Source: Octopus vulgaris (Eukaryota). From it: a stretch of 64,000 bases of DNA. Both the position numbers and the translations under genes were made by a program. Where the stretch lies: positions 1,178,001-1,242,000 of the forward strand of contig OX597837.1 of the NCBI GenBank assembly GCA_951406725.2. Reading direction: 5' to 3'. Below the pieces are notes generated by a model. The model worked only from the letters and a program-made list of their open reading frames with translations, ran no database searches and was not told the DNA's origin. Numbering within the stretch: position 1 is the first letter of the stretch; the number at the start of each line of letters is the position of its first letter. Shown here piece after piece: positions 13,263-28,144 of the stretch.

Positions 13263-13760
13263 CATGCTCACACATATTGGTAAACTGTCAATATCTTTAC
13301 ATAAGTGCTTAGGAATCAATCATTTCAGTGCTACAAGTTAAGCGACAAACAGACAAACGCTAGACACTATGTTTATATTTATAACTAAATAGTCGATGAA
13401 TTTACAGATTCTTGTTTTCCTACCAATTACAAATTTACTCAACGTCATAATATTTTCGATTCAATAACTTAACCAGTATAATTTATGTATGTTCTTCAAC
13501 TCTTTTAAGTGTTTTTCCTCTTTCATCTTCCAGTCTGTGGGACATTATAATATTAGTACTGCTACGATCATCATTTGTTCTGTAAATTCTTACTGAAAAA
13601 AATATTGATTTATAACCATTCCTCTGTCAATTATCAGAACAGTATAGACGTTTTTATCACAGAATATGCGGCCAACCGTTTTGGAAACTAGTTATTACCA
13701 TTCTGAGTGTTTTCTAAACTTTCCTAGAATCTTTGAATTGTCATTTTTTATGAAAGACAA

Positions 13761-13815
<55 letters not shown>

Positions 13816-14020
13816 TGCGTAGGTGGGGTGGAAACGCGCGACATATGCATATATATTCTTGAAGAAATTGGAGAAGTGACAGCGGCCATGTTCTTTTAAT
13901 GGGATCTAATTTAAGTGGGGTAAGAGAAAATGGGAATAGAAACCACGATTCCTGGGTTTATCCTAAACCAAGATACCTCAAATGAATAGATGTAAACAAA
14001 TGGACTATATATATATAAAT

Positions 14021-14097
<77 letters not shown>

Positions 14098-14166
14098 CAT
14101 ACACATGCACACGCAAGTACGTATGTTCAGTATGTTCACACACACACACACACACATATATATATG

Positions 14167-14510
14167 ATAGCGTGGTAAGAAATTTGCTTCAAAACCACAT
14201 GGTTCCGAGTTCAGTCATCTCACTGCGCGGCACCTTAGGTGACTATCTTCTACTATAGCTTCGGCCACCCAAAGCCGTTCGAGTGGATTTTGTTGTCGGA
14301 AACTGAAAGAAGCCTATATAAATTTGTGTGTGTCCCTCACCTCCGTTTGGCACCCAATGCTGGTTGTAACTGTGATTTGGCAAAGGTGACAGATAGGATA
14401 AGTGCCGGGCTTATATTCTGGGGTCGATTAGCTTCACTAAAAAGATTCCTCAATATGGTGCTCCAGCATGGACGGAATCTAATTACTCACACAAGTAAAA
14501 AGATAAAGAT
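14167..14510 (+). mobile_element. Family A SINE
   Basis: gtggtaagaaatttgcttc..ccacatggttccgagttcagtc..ggtgctccagcatgg..caagtaaaaaga. Confidence 0.85.
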
Positions 14511-15209
14511 AACCCACAGAAGCTCGGAAAATTAGAAACAATTGATTAAGCATTATCTTAGCCTAATAGGATTATCTATGAAGTCTATGGAGCCATATCA
14601 GTGTCTGTAATCCCCATAGATTACATGGACCTATAAACCTTCTCAAGTTTACGAGAATGAGGGACGACTCAAAATAACGACACTTCAAGGTAAAAAATTC
14701 AAAAACAAGCATACCAAACATAAGTTCCCATCATGAGTTGCCTAACCGATATCACTATGATTTCGACATATATGTATGAAAGAGAGTGTAATTGTAAATG
14801 TGATTATCATAGTTATAATAATTGCAGTAGTGTTAATTTTAAGCCCAGGTTAACACTAATTAGCTAGCTCTATGATGGAAGATATTCCAGTGGTGATTTT
14901 CTGTTATTGAAATTTGTATACATGCTATTAGAATTAATCTGAATGACAGATTAAATTCAATCATAAAGTTATTGTCACTGCAGTCTCAGTCGTACAGGGT
15001 GAGTGGAAACGACGCATGGCATTACCGGAAGGTGACGAAACCCGTTTAACATAACCTCATCCAACGTATGTATGTGTCTGTGTTTGGTGACGTCCGTGAC
15101 TTATGCTTTCTCGTCGACCATGTTATCAGGTGCGACACGGTTCCGGCTATCAGCAACGTCTACTGTGGAGATCATCATACAGCCTTTCTTCAGTGAATAG
15201 GTGCCGGTA

Positions 15210-15670
15210 ATCTTCACTTTCCTGGTGGTTGTGGCGGAATCAGTTACATATATATATGAACAATACCAGTGAGATATGGAGGAACCACCTGAAAATGGAA
15301 AGAAGGTCAGATGGGTTCCACCCACGATGCTTGTAAAAAATTCTCAGAACGTACTTCCAAGCCACATAACCAGCGAAAACATTCTAAACAGAACCTACAC
15401 AAGACTGCATTGTGAAACCATCACAGAATGGAAATTAAAACTAGAAGGTCACACACTCTGGCTTTCAGAATGACGCCATTTATCTCAAAAGAAAAAGGTT
15501 TGAAATAGATACCAACGGGGAAGAAACGGAAGCGAAAACGATTGAAAAATATATGGTGCAGCAAATTCCTAATCGACATGAGAGAGGTCAATATCACATG
15601 ACCGGGTGAAGAATAAATCACAGCCAAGAGAAACCGGTTTTGCCCAATATACTCGAGATCACTTGAAAGA
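15210..15670 (+). mobile_element. Decayed RTE-clade LINE 3' end
   Basis: HITSENILNRTYTRLHCETITEWKLKLEGHTL resembles the RTE motif H.TNEEVL.R....LS..I..RRL..AGH..R, followed by a basic GKKRKRKR-like stretch. Confidence 0.7.
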
Positions 15671-16390
15671 CATTGTCCTCTCAGGACAAGTTCCCATTCA
15701 GTTAGATCTTCAAATTCTAATTAAGGAGGAAGGTGAGACTAGAGAAGAAGATGGTCTTCGTCAATAAATTTCATAGCATGTCCGTTTGAATGGCGAACTT
15801 AGCAGGACCAAAAATGTCTATATTAATTATAGGGCAGGAGCAGGGTAAAAAGCTTTTGCCCTTCTCGCGGAAAGGTCGTAGGTTCGAACCAAGGTGGTGT
15901 CTGGGGTAACCAAAATAGTACAATGTAGTTTCACTCTCCCGCTTTGAAGATATTTGTAATACTGAAATTGCTGTGTTATCTTGTCAGTTGTATCTGTTAC
16001 TAGTTATATAATAATGTGTATTGTTACTTTATTAGCTTTGCCCTTTTACCTGGCCCAATATCACGCATTTCTTGTATTCCGTTCTCCTATAGTTCCTTCC
16101 CAACATCTTGGACAATTGTGGGCAATAAATGCAATCATCATAATCGTCATCATCATCTTCGTCGTCACTATCACGACCGTCTTACACGCCTTCATTGTAG
16201 TGTAGTTGTCTTTATGTCGCTCATGTCGATGGTGATGGTGATACTGCTGCTGTTGATGTCTTGTGAAATATTACCGCGTAAAAATCCATTTAAAAGGAAC
16301 GTTAAAAGGGTCCAGTGTAATTTTTCTATCAGACAACTTGTTTGATGTTTAACTCAGGAATCAATAAAGAAAATTGAAGATGAAAAAAAG

Positions 16391-16428
<38 letters not shown>

Positions 16429-16466
16429 TATTCTATCTGTATATGTGCAAGACTTTTCATGTAATG

Positions 16467-16519
<53 letters not shown>

Positions 16520-16622
16520 ATGGGTATTTGAATGTATGCATGTGCTGAAGCATAGCGTCTGGTTGAAGATACCGATGAAAAGGAGGGGGAAGCGAATATG
16601 TAAAATGTCTTGATGATGATGA

Positions 16623-16676
<54 letters not shown>

Positions 16677-16772
16677 ATGTGTGTGTGTGTGTGTGAGTGT
16701 ATATGTATGCATATGTGTGTATATATATTTATATCGATTGTATTTAAAAATTTATATATATATATGTGTATG

Positions 16773-16816
<44 letters not shown>

Positions 16817-17119
16817 TATATATATATACATATACATATATGTATATATACGTACACACTCACACACACACACGTTAATATAAGTATATATGCAGACATA
16901 CAAAAATTTACGTTTGTGTGCGTGTGAATGTATTTTGTATGTCTATAATACACACGAGACCTATGAAAGCATAAAATGAATGAGAAAAGATAGAGTGGAA
17001 GAAAGAAATGGAGAAGGGAGATATAAAAAAAAGGTAAAAAGGAGAAAAAAATCTGTCAAGATTTGAGGAGAGAATATGTGTTTAAAAGAGTTAAGTTCAA
17101 AGGAAACTTTTGAACCAGG

Positions 17120-17527
17120 AGATCTGCAACAACAACAACATTAATATTATCAGCATCGACATCATCACCATCACCATCAACAACAATGGTGACGACGACA
17201 ACTCGACTATATTTAAAATTATAACAGTAATATCAAGAACGGTAATGCAAACAACAGCGATAACCACTGTAACAGTATTATTAAAAACAGTACCACCACT
17301 ACCACCACCACCAATGACAACACTAACAGTAGCAGCAGCAGTAGCGGCAGCAGTAGCAGCAGCGGTAGCAGCAAATATAAGTGATATTGACAACAGCGAC
17401 TATAATAACAGCCATTTTGACAGTAATATTACCAACCACATTAGGAACAACAATAATAATTTATTAGCAACAAATGCTTCGAGATGAAATATACATTATC
17501 ATAATGATAATAATAATAATAATAATA

Positions 17528-17575
<48 letters not shown>

Positions 17576-17580
17576 GCAAT
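17120..17580. repeat. Degenerate (AAC/ACC/AGC/AAT)n trinucleotide field
   Basis: Seen directly. Confidence 0.8.
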
Positions 17581-17757
17581 AATTTTATTTGCCTCAGTGG
17601 CATAGACGAAGGGAATATCACTAGAACAGTTAACAATTTGTGTTGGATTTGCATAAAAGATGAATGGAAAAGAAAGGGAAAAGAATGTGAAATGGGATAA
17701 AAGTTGGTAAAACGCTGCCCAATGTTGCCAATTGTTGTCGTTGTTGTTGTTGTTATT

Positions 17758-17961
17758 AAGGTGGCAGAATCATTTTCCCACAGGACGAAATGCTTAGCGG
17801 TATTTCGCCCGTCGCTACGTTCTGAGTTCAAATTCCACCACGTCGACTTTACCTGTTATCCTTTCGGGGGTCGATAAATTAAAGTACCAGTGATACACAG
17901 GGGTCGATGTAATCAACTTACTCCCTTCCCACTAAACTTCAGACCTTGTGCCTTTAGTAGA

Positions 17962-17964
<3 letters not shown>
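17758..17964 (+). mobile_element. Family B SINE between (GTT)n and (TTA)n
   Basis: gtggcagaatc..gaaatgcttagcggtatttcg..gttcaaattcc..ccttgtgcctttagtagaaag then (tta)n. Confidence 0.85.
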
Positions 17965-18009
<45 letters not shown>

Positions 18010-19581
18010 GAACATCATAAAGAGGAAATAGATCATTGCAAACCCGCTGACGGCTGTTGAACAACAACAACAAGAAACATAAGAACCGAAAGCTATGCAA
18101 CAAGAGCAACCACAAAAACCTGTGAAAGTACCAAGTGCAATAACAGCGGCATCAGTAAGAGGAATGACGGCAACAACAACAACACGAAGAAGTGTAACAA
18201 AATGGAGAAAAGCAGAGCAGGAATACTCATTGTTGATAACCTTTATAGTTTGCATCATCATTAACAACAACAACAACAAACAAACAAACACTATAACTGG
18301 CAACAACAATAAAAACAACAGCAAAAACAACTGCAGCTTGTTTATTAGAAAAGAAAAATGGTGGGGTGGAAAACGTGATGTGCAAAATTATTTAAAACCT
18401 TAATGGCGGTCGACCACAACAACAACAACAACAACAACATCTACCGTCATCGACACCCACACCTATCAACAACAACCGCAACAACAACAACAACAAATGG
18501 CAATAGCAATGAGAAGCACAACATTTTTGGGAAAGAACAAAAAACTACAGCAATAAATATAATAATAATAATAATTTTAATAATCGTGATGATGATGATG
18601 ATGATGATGGTGGAGATAACAACGAAAATAACACAATAATGTCGACAACAACAAGTGTGACGTCAACGGTAACAACAACAACATCAGCATTAATATTACT
18701 AGATGTAATAATAGTAGCAATATTGGAAATGTTAACAGCCAATGCAATACCCACAAGCAGTCCCAATAATAATAATAATAATAATAATAACAATAATAAT
18801 AACGATGATGATGGTGACGATGATGATGATAGTTGCAGCATCAATAACATCATCATCATCACCATTATCATCAATAAAAACGAGAACAAGAACAAATTGA
18901 TTGTTGAAAAATTGTCTAAGATACTGGTTTCTTTATAACGGAGTGGCTTTGACACATATATACATGCATAGATACACACACACACACACGCGCACACACA
19001 CACACATACATATGTATATATATGCCTGTATATTAATATATTTTTGTGCGCATTTCTGTATATATGGAAATGTGTGCATGCGTTTAACATGTACCCATAC
19101 ATGTATGTACATACATATAAACATGCATATATACGTGTTTGTGCATATGTATGCGAATATAACAGACTTAAAAAGGGGGGAAGTGTATAAAAAAATGAAG
19201 AAAATATAAATTATATATACCCCCTTCTATTCACACATACATGTAGACGCACACACCAGGTATGGAAGAACCCACTCACCCCCACCCCCATACATACAAC
19301 TTGAGTCTTAGACAAATGTGATAAACCAAATAAATGCAGCATTTACGGATATTAAATGAAGATGAAGGAAATTCAAAAATGGAGAAAGAAAGAAAGAAAA
19401 AGAAAGAAAGAAAAACAAAAAAAGGTTTAAAAGATATTCTTTGGCAAAATTGCATGATTAAAAGTTTTCTTCTTGCCTGTCGCTTGAAGCAAGGTTCGAT
19501 TCGGCTGCAAGTCTCTTCTTGCAGTGTGCTACAGTATCTAGCGGGAAATTTGGTTAACGGAAACTGTAGGCTTAATGTGAT

Positions 19582-19619
19582 CTATCCATCTATCTATCCA
19601 TCCATCCATCTATCTATCC

Positions 19620-19707
<88 letters not shown>

Positions 19708-19727
19708 GTCTGTCTGTCTGTCTGTCT
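19582..19727. repeat. (TATC)n/(TGTC)n microsatellite
   Basis: Seen directly. Confidence 0.95.
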
Positions 19728-19729
19728 CG

Positions 19730-19878
19730 AAATGAGGAGTTGATAGACATCCGACAATTGATGAAGGGTCGTTCTTGATGTTACTTGTCCTGTTTTCCAT
19801 TTGTTTCTCTTGTTGTTTGCACATTGAAATCATTTGTTTTCGTATTTCATGTTATTTACTGTTGGTGACGTCCTGTAC

Positions 19879-19880
<2 letters not shown>
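19730..19880 (+). mobile_element. Microsatellite-embedded repeat fragment (putative Penelope-like pLTR remnant); sister copy at 31490-31615 on the minus strand
   Basis: ttgatgaaggg..gatgttacttgtcctgttttcc resembles the reverse complement of 31570-31610 (ctgatgaatag..gaatgttacgtcctggttttcc). Confidence 0.4.
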
Positions 19881-19944
<64 letters not shown>

Positions 19945-20956
19945 TATTATTATTATTTGATTCAACGCCGCGCATCCATTTCCAAATAAGTTTATCTGTC
20001 TGTCTGTCTGTCTGTCTGTTTATTTATCTATCTGTTTGTCGGTTTGCATATCTATCTGTGTCTGTCAGTCTGTCTGCCTGCTTATCTATCTGTCTTTCTG
20101 TCTGTCTGTCCGTCTGTCTGTCTGTCTGTATGTCTATGTGTCTATCTGTCTGTCTGTATATATGTCTGTCTGTCTCTCTATCCACCTTTATACCTCCACA
20201 TATGGCAAGATTGCTATCTGTTCGTCTATCATTCTATCTACGTGTTCAGATATGTAAATGCATACAGTACACACACACCCACACACATACACACACACAC
20301 ACATACACACACACTCACACATCCACACAGTGAGATTGCTATCTACTCATTAATCAATCTATATGTGTGTGTGTATGTATATTATGTGTACATTTGTCTA
20401 TAAACAAATATGTGTGAAATTGGTAGAGAGAGAGAGAGGGGGGGATAGAAATAGAGAACGACATATAGATAGATGGACAGACAAATAGATAGACAGATAG
20501 AGAAAGACAGATGTAGAGAGAAAGATTTAAAAACGATATCGATAGACGGGCGGAGATTGAATTTCTTGCAACGGTTTGCTTCTTAAAGTATTATGGTGAA
20601 ATAAATCTTCTTGAAAAACATCCTTCTCGAAAATATCAACCGGTCTGTTTGATATATTTTGATCCACACGATTTTAGTCGTATGTTTTTAACATTTGAAC
20701 ATGTTTATGGCCCCTATAAATTCTTTACGGCATTCTTCATCAAAGAGTACCAGATTTTCTCCAGCCCCTTTTTACAGTTTCTCTTATTCAACATAGATGG
20801 TCTCATAAGGCTCCTTTTTAAAGAAATAAACTGCCTGACAATAAAAGATGGCGATGGTGTGAGGCCTGGTGTATACGTCATTAGATCCCTAATCTTATGT
20901 TCATGCGTTCAAATCCAGAACACGTTGATGTATTCTGGCCTTGTCGAAAAGATTTT

Positions 20957-21190
20957 AGGCGGCTAGGTGGCAGAAACATTAGCATGCCGGGCGAAATGTG
21001 TAGCCGTATTTCGCCTGCCGCTACGTTCCGAGTTCAAATTCCGCCGAGGTCGACTTCGCCTTTCATCCTTTCGGGGTCGATTAAATAAGTACCAGTTACG
21101 CACTGGGGTCGATATAATCGACTTAATCCGTTTGTCTGTCCTTGTTTGTCCCCTCTGTGTTTAGCCCCTTGTGAGTAGTAAAGAAATAGA
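20957..21190 (+). mobile_element. Family B SINE, well conserved
   Basis: ggcggctaggtggcagaaacattagcatgccgggcgaaatg..gttcaaattccgccgaggtcgacttcgcctttcatcctttcggggtcga. Confidence 0.9.
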
Positions 21191-21514
21191 AAAGATTTTT
21201 TTCCTGTTAGAGCAATCAATTCGTTTAGATACGAGCTCTGTCCTCTGTAATCAAGGGTTGAAGGGGTCTCTCCGTAGGCATTTAACCCCCACATCTTGCA
21301 AATAGAAAATGGCGGTGCAACAGATGATAATGTCAGTGTCACATATAAATAAATGAACCTAAATGCTATAGATTGCAAAGGAAATACTCTATACACATTA
21401 AATAACATGAAGAAGATAGGCACATACAATCGAATACTATTACTATTATCTATCTATATGTGTGTGTTACTATTACATGGAAATTACTCAATGTATACTT
21501 ATGTATATCTATGC

Positions 21515-21582
<68 letters not shown>

Positions 21583-22072
21583 TTTATAGAAATATATCGG
21601 ACGAAGAAGTCACAAATATATGTGAATGAATGTATGTGTGTGTGCGCGCATTAATTTATAATGATATAATTTAATTATATCAAAGAGTGTAGATAGACCC
21701 CACCAACACGCTAGAAATAGACGCCAAATGGCTCTAAAAATTACATCCATTCTCCCTTAGCACAGGTGGTAATCGTGTAGATGAATAAAAATGAATAAGG
21801 TTTTGTGAAAAAAGATCGATAATTGTAGATCGATTTCTGGCTTAGGGCTATAAAACTCCTTGCTGTCTTCAGTACAATATGCCATAGTATACAGATGCAA
21901 ATATTTATACATACCCATACGAACATATACATACATACATACCCGCACGATCATATACATACATACATTTACATTTATACACAAGTAAAAATCTAATTTT
22001 TTTCTCATCTGAACCACGTGCCTTTATTATCAAAATAATCTCGCAGCGAATGCAATTTGATCAGAGGCAAAA

Positions 22073-22182
<110 letters not shown>

Positions 22183-22198
22183 ATATGTATATATTATA

Positions 22199-22515
22199 CA
22201 AAATTAAGGATAAAACCACTTTAATAATTTTATCAGGTGGCCAGCGTGAAATAAACCCTGCAGGTAACAATTTATATTAATTTATTATTATATAATATAA
22301 TTATATTAAAGGGTACGGATACACCCCACCAACGCGCTAGAAATAGATGCCTAATGGCTCTAAAAGCCACATCTATATTCCATTAGTACAGGTTGTATAC
22401 GGGCAGATGAAAAATACTGAATAAGATTTTTTGAAAAAAGATGGTTATTTGTAGATCGATTTCTGGCTAAGGACCACTTGATAAAATCATTGAAATGGTT
22501 TTATCCTTAATTTTG
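22199..22515. mobile_element. Microsatellite-flanked element with ~45-bp terminal inverted repeats; its body is related to 21651-21847
   Basis: caaaattaaggataaaaccactttaataattttatcaggtggcc pairs with ggaccacttgataaaatcattgaaatggttttatccttaattttg. Confidence 0.7.
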
Positions 22516-22526
22516 CATTTACAATG

Positions 22527-22589
<63 letters not shown>

Positions 22590-22890
22590 TAAACTCTTAA
22601 GATTTTGATCCTAAAACAGTGTTATATAGAACACAATCAGAATACGGAAAGTGTGTTAATCGTCGAATGTAGTTGTCTGCAAGAATCAATGACAATTGAT
22701 CAGTAACAGTGATTGATAAAATGAACTTTAATTCCATTGATGAGATTGATGTAGCAATCGAAACACCATGCATAAATTGATATTTGTTTTTATAGTTAAC
22801 ATTTGTACTTTCGGTAGATATTGTGTTATATGACTTTCTGTGTAGTACAAGCATCTATGTGTATATATCTAAACATAAGGGTATATATAC

Positions 22891-22933
<43 letters not shown>

Positions 22934-23123
22934 CTTATATATATACATAAGGGTATATATATATATTTTTATATACCTGTTTATGTGTATTTATATCTGT
23001 GCATATATATATGTATGTGTATATACCTTTATATAAATGCGTACATATATAAGTGTTTATATTTATGAGCGTCTGAGTATATGAGATATATCTTGATCTT
23101 TCACAGATACATACAGATACATA

Positions 23124-23159
<36 letters not shown>

Positions 23160-23174
23160 TGTATAATTTGAGAC

Positions 23175-23238
<64 letters not shown>

Positions 23239-23294
23239 CAGTAGGCGGAAGACAGTATATCAGTGAATGAACGCTAAACGCTGAGTAAGCAGAA

Positions 23295-23345
23295 GGCGGG
23301 TCGGCGCATGCGCCGCGAACTTATTTATTTTTCCAAACCAATTCA
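23295..23345. promoter_or_regulatory. GC box, perfect NRF1-type palindrome and CCAAT cluster (candidate regulatory site)
   Basis: ggcggg 23295-23300; cggcgcatgcgccg 23302-23315; ccaat 23338-23342. Confidence 0.3.
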
Positions 23346-23949
23346 ATTACACAGATAAGTGGACAATTTGTAAAAGTTTCTATGGCAATTATTGGGGCTG
23401 GTTGTTTTTGAAAGTGTAAGTCTACAGCAATCTCTTCGTGGCTAACTTAATCAATGCCAGCCACATTCCATCACAAATGGATAAACGAAAACGGAGAGTC
23501 GTGGTTAAATGAATGGCTGTATGCAGGACTTGTTACATACATCACTACATCACATGGTTGTACGGGTGTGCGTCTGTATGTATATATGTATATCATAATT
23601 GGTATATACGTAATTATGTGGGCATTAGTGTGTCTATGTAGATGTCAGGCTACGAAACGACCAACGTGTACACTAAAACGATTAACCTCTCATTTCAAAG
23701 TCGTCTACGAGTTCATAAAGATGAGAATAAAATTGAGTTTGTACGGTTGTGTGTGTTTGTATGCGTATATAATAGCATATATATGTGTATGTATATAACA
23801 ATGCGCATATATAATTGTATGTATCTCATGTATATAACACCATAAATATATATCTATCTAATCCAACCATTCATTTACCAAAACATGCATACATATATGT
23901 GCTCATATATAAATATCTAAATACATACATACATACATACATACATACA

Positions 23950-24033
<84 letters not shown>

Positions 24034-24103
24034 TATACATATATTTGCATAAATATATGTATATAGATATATACACCGAGCACATACATATACATATAAT
24101 GTT

Positions 24104-24150
<47 letters not shown>

Positions 24151-24842
24151 CACATACACATACACAAATAGATAGATAGAAAAAGGAGAAGAAGCAGAGA
24201 GTAAGTATATATTGTAAACCTTGCTATAATTCTCGTCAAGCGATGACGCTTCCCTCTTAATGATACGATAAGAAAATTACCCTGAGATATCCAATTTCCT
24301 TTTGCATCCACCAATCCTAAGTATTGTAACAACTGTTGTACTTACCTGCAAATACAGGTGTTTTTATCCTAAAGGTCCTAGATCATCTTTGATCTAGAAC
24401 TTACAGGCGTCACTTTCTTTTCTATACCCACATTGCTCCAAAGATTTTATAATCGAAATGTCTTTGATATCACTGAAGACGTTAGAACGTGGTCTGTGAG
24501 TGATTAATCTATTATTTCTGGCCTCCAACATCTCTCTGTTATCCAGTGAGTCGAGTTTACAATGGAGTAAACTTGACTAGTGATGGTGTAAAAGGTGGAA
24601 TATTGAGAGGGTAGCATGATCTGCCAGAAATAGAAACCAAGCCAACGACAGATCTACTGTTGTGTTCTTAGAACAAAGAAGGCCAAGGCAATATATTTTG
24701 AAATAGGCTGCTTCTGATACAAATGTGTTTGTGCTATAAACTACTACAATTACTGCTACAAACGAGATTTTATGCCGGAAATGCACTCCCTATTACATGT
24801 GCGTCTGTAGGTTTTATCTTTTTGCTTTTGGTTGTTGTAGTT

Positions 24843-25190
24843 TTAGATTGCGGCCATGCTGCAACATTGTCTTGGAGAATTTTTTTTTTCGTTTTTTTTT
24901 CTACCTCAGAAATTTCTTCAAATTTGATACTTATTCTTTTGGTCTCTTTTGCCGAATCGCTTTGTTGCGTGGACGTAAATATACCAACAGCTGTTGTCAA
25001 GCGGTGGTGGAACACACACACACACACACACACATACACGATGGTCTTTTTTAAGTTTCCGCCTGCCAAATCCACTCAGAAGGATTTGGTCAATTCAAGG
25101 CTACAGTAAAAGATGTTCAAGATGGCACGCAGTGAAAGTGAACCTGGAATCATGTGGTTAGGAGATAAAATTCTTAGCGCACAGCAACGC

Positions 25191-25192
<2 letters not shown>
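24843..25192 (-). mobile_element. Family A SINE
   Basis: gattgcggccatgctg..ggtctcttttgccgaatcgc..gaacctggaatcatgtggtt. Confidence 0.8.
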
Positions 25193-25254
<62 letters not shown>

Positions 25255-25294
25255 GCACACACACACACACATATATATATAATATATGAGTGGG

Positions 25295-25711
25295 TATTCT
25301 TTTATTCTTTTGTTTGTTTCAGTCATTTTATTGTGGCCATGCTGGAGCACCGCCTTTAGTCGAACAAATCTGCCCCAAGATTTATTCTTAGTAAGCCTAG
25401 TACTTATTCTATCGGCCTCTTTTGCCGAACTGTTAAGTTACGGGGACATAAATACACCAACATCGGTTGTTAAGTAATGTTTGAAGTCCAAACGCGGACA
25501 CACAAACACACACACACACACACATTTATGTGTGTGTATATATATATATGTATATATGTATGTATACGACGGGATTCTTTCAGTTTCCGTTTACCAAATC
25601 CACTCACAAGGCTTTGGTCGGCCCCCGAGGCTATAGTAAAAGAGACTTGCTCAAGGTGCCACACAGTGAGACTGAACCTGGAACCATGTGGCTGGAAAGC
25701 ATGCTTCTTAC

Positions 25712-25712
<1 letters not shown>
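25295..25712 (-). mobile_element. Family A SINE, near full length
   Basis: gccatgctggagcaccgcctttagtcg..ccactcacaaggctttggtcggccc..gaacctggaaccatgtgg. Confidence 0.9.
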
Positions 25713-25798
<86 letters not shown>

Positions 25799-25867
25799 CA
25801 TCAGCGTATGCATATTTCTGTACATATATATGTATACATTTCTTCATATTTAGCGAATGATATCCGT

Positions 25868-26015
25868 TATCTTTTGCTTATTTCAGACATTAGACAGCGG
25901 CCATGCTGGGGCACCGCTTTAAAGGGTCTAGACTGGCACTTATTCCATCGGTCATTTTAAGCCGAACTGCTGGGGATATAAACAAACTGACACCGGTTGT
26001 AAAGTGGTAGTGGGA
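25868..26015 (-). mobile_element. Family A SINE, 3' fragment
   Basis: cagcggccatgctggggcaccgc..gccgaactgct..acaccggttgt. Confidence 0.7.
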
Positions 26016-26095
26016 GTACACACACGCAGGTGTATCTATAAGAGTGAGCCCGCGTCCATTTCTTACCACATCGTCACGTCCGTAATTATACATGC

Positions 26096-26178
<83 letters not shown>

Positions 26179-26550
26179 GTATATATATATATGTGTGTGT
26201 GTGTGTATCATCTATAACTGTGTGCGTTTCTAAGTATATATAACTTTTAATAAATACACATTAGTATAAATATGTAATTATATGTACATATACATTTAAT
26301 CCACACACAAACGCACACACACACACATATGTACTGCTCTTTGCGTCTAGCTCTGTATATATGTAAATACAAATGGCAAGTGAATAGCTGTTTCCGCATC
26401 GTTTCATTATAATCTTCAGGGCCAATACGTGTTATTAGAAGCAATTTGCTGTTAGTGGTTTGTTCCTGGAAGTAGATTCTCGTGCATGCATGCTTACACC
26501 CACACATACCTATGTACATATATAAAGGCGGTCATATTTCGAGATGTGTC

Positions 26551-26624
<74 letters not shown>

Positions 26625-26819
26625 TTTATATATGTATGTGTGTGTGTAAATATATATATGTGTGTTGTGTGTGTAAATATATATATATGTGTGTGCGTGT
26701 GTGTACATGTATTTATATATTATATTTTATTGTAGGTTTTGCGGTGTGTATAGCTTCGTGATTCCGTTTTTATTTTATTCATCATAACATTGGTAATAAT
26801 AATAATAATAATAATAATG

Positions 26820-26869
<50 letters not shown>

Positions 26870-27769
26870 TAATTATAATAATAATAATAATGGTGATGAT
26901 GATAATAATAACATTCATACTAATGTTATTATTGCTGTTATTATTGTTAGCATTAACAATTATTTTCTATTAGTTTTATTAATGTTGTTGCTGTTGTTGT
27001 TGTGGATGTTTAATTGTTTATTTCGTTTCAAGGAACATTCATACATTTACTCCCTTGAAAAACAAGAAGAAAAAAAAAAAGATTCAGAAAAGAATAAATA
27101 AAAAATAACAAGGCCAACAAAAAGTAAAAATAAGCAAGAAATAAATAAAAGACCGTAAAAAGCCATAACCGAAAGAAGATCAATCAGATTCTTGGTAGAA
27201 TTGGTCAGCTAATCGATAAGTTGTGTTCTACAAGCGGAACTAACAACTTATCGATAAAGATTACGGATTATAGTTAATATCGGAAGAAATCATTGTAAAT
27301 AACAACAAAAACAACAATAACGGGATCACAACAAATACAACAACAACAACATAAGAGTATTAACAACAACAACAACATCAACAGAATCCGTACAGAAATC
27401 ATAAGTGTAACAATAATGAAAGCGAAATCAACAACAAAAACTACGTGATCAGCAACAGCAACAACAACAACAACAACAACAACAAAAACAACAACAACAA
27501 TAATAATAATATTAAGAGTTGCAATTGAACCACAAACAACAGCAACAAGTACAATCACTTCAGCAACAACAACATCAACAGTCGAGAAAGGCCGCGGCAG
27601 CGGCGAGTGCGACGCCACCGCCACCAAACAAAATGGCTGAAGAGAGAGAAACAAACAAATATATAAATTGTGTGCTTGGATGATGGATGCACTGCTACAT
27701 GCACATGGATGCAACTAGATATACACTCATGCATTATAATACATGCAGTTATAAACATGTAGTGACATG

Positions 27770-28144
<375 letters not shown>

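Noticed and set aside
27585-27640. Short GC-rich patch with a YY1-like caaaatggct
   Set aside because: Too short, embedded in a trinucleotide field, and no other promoter evidence
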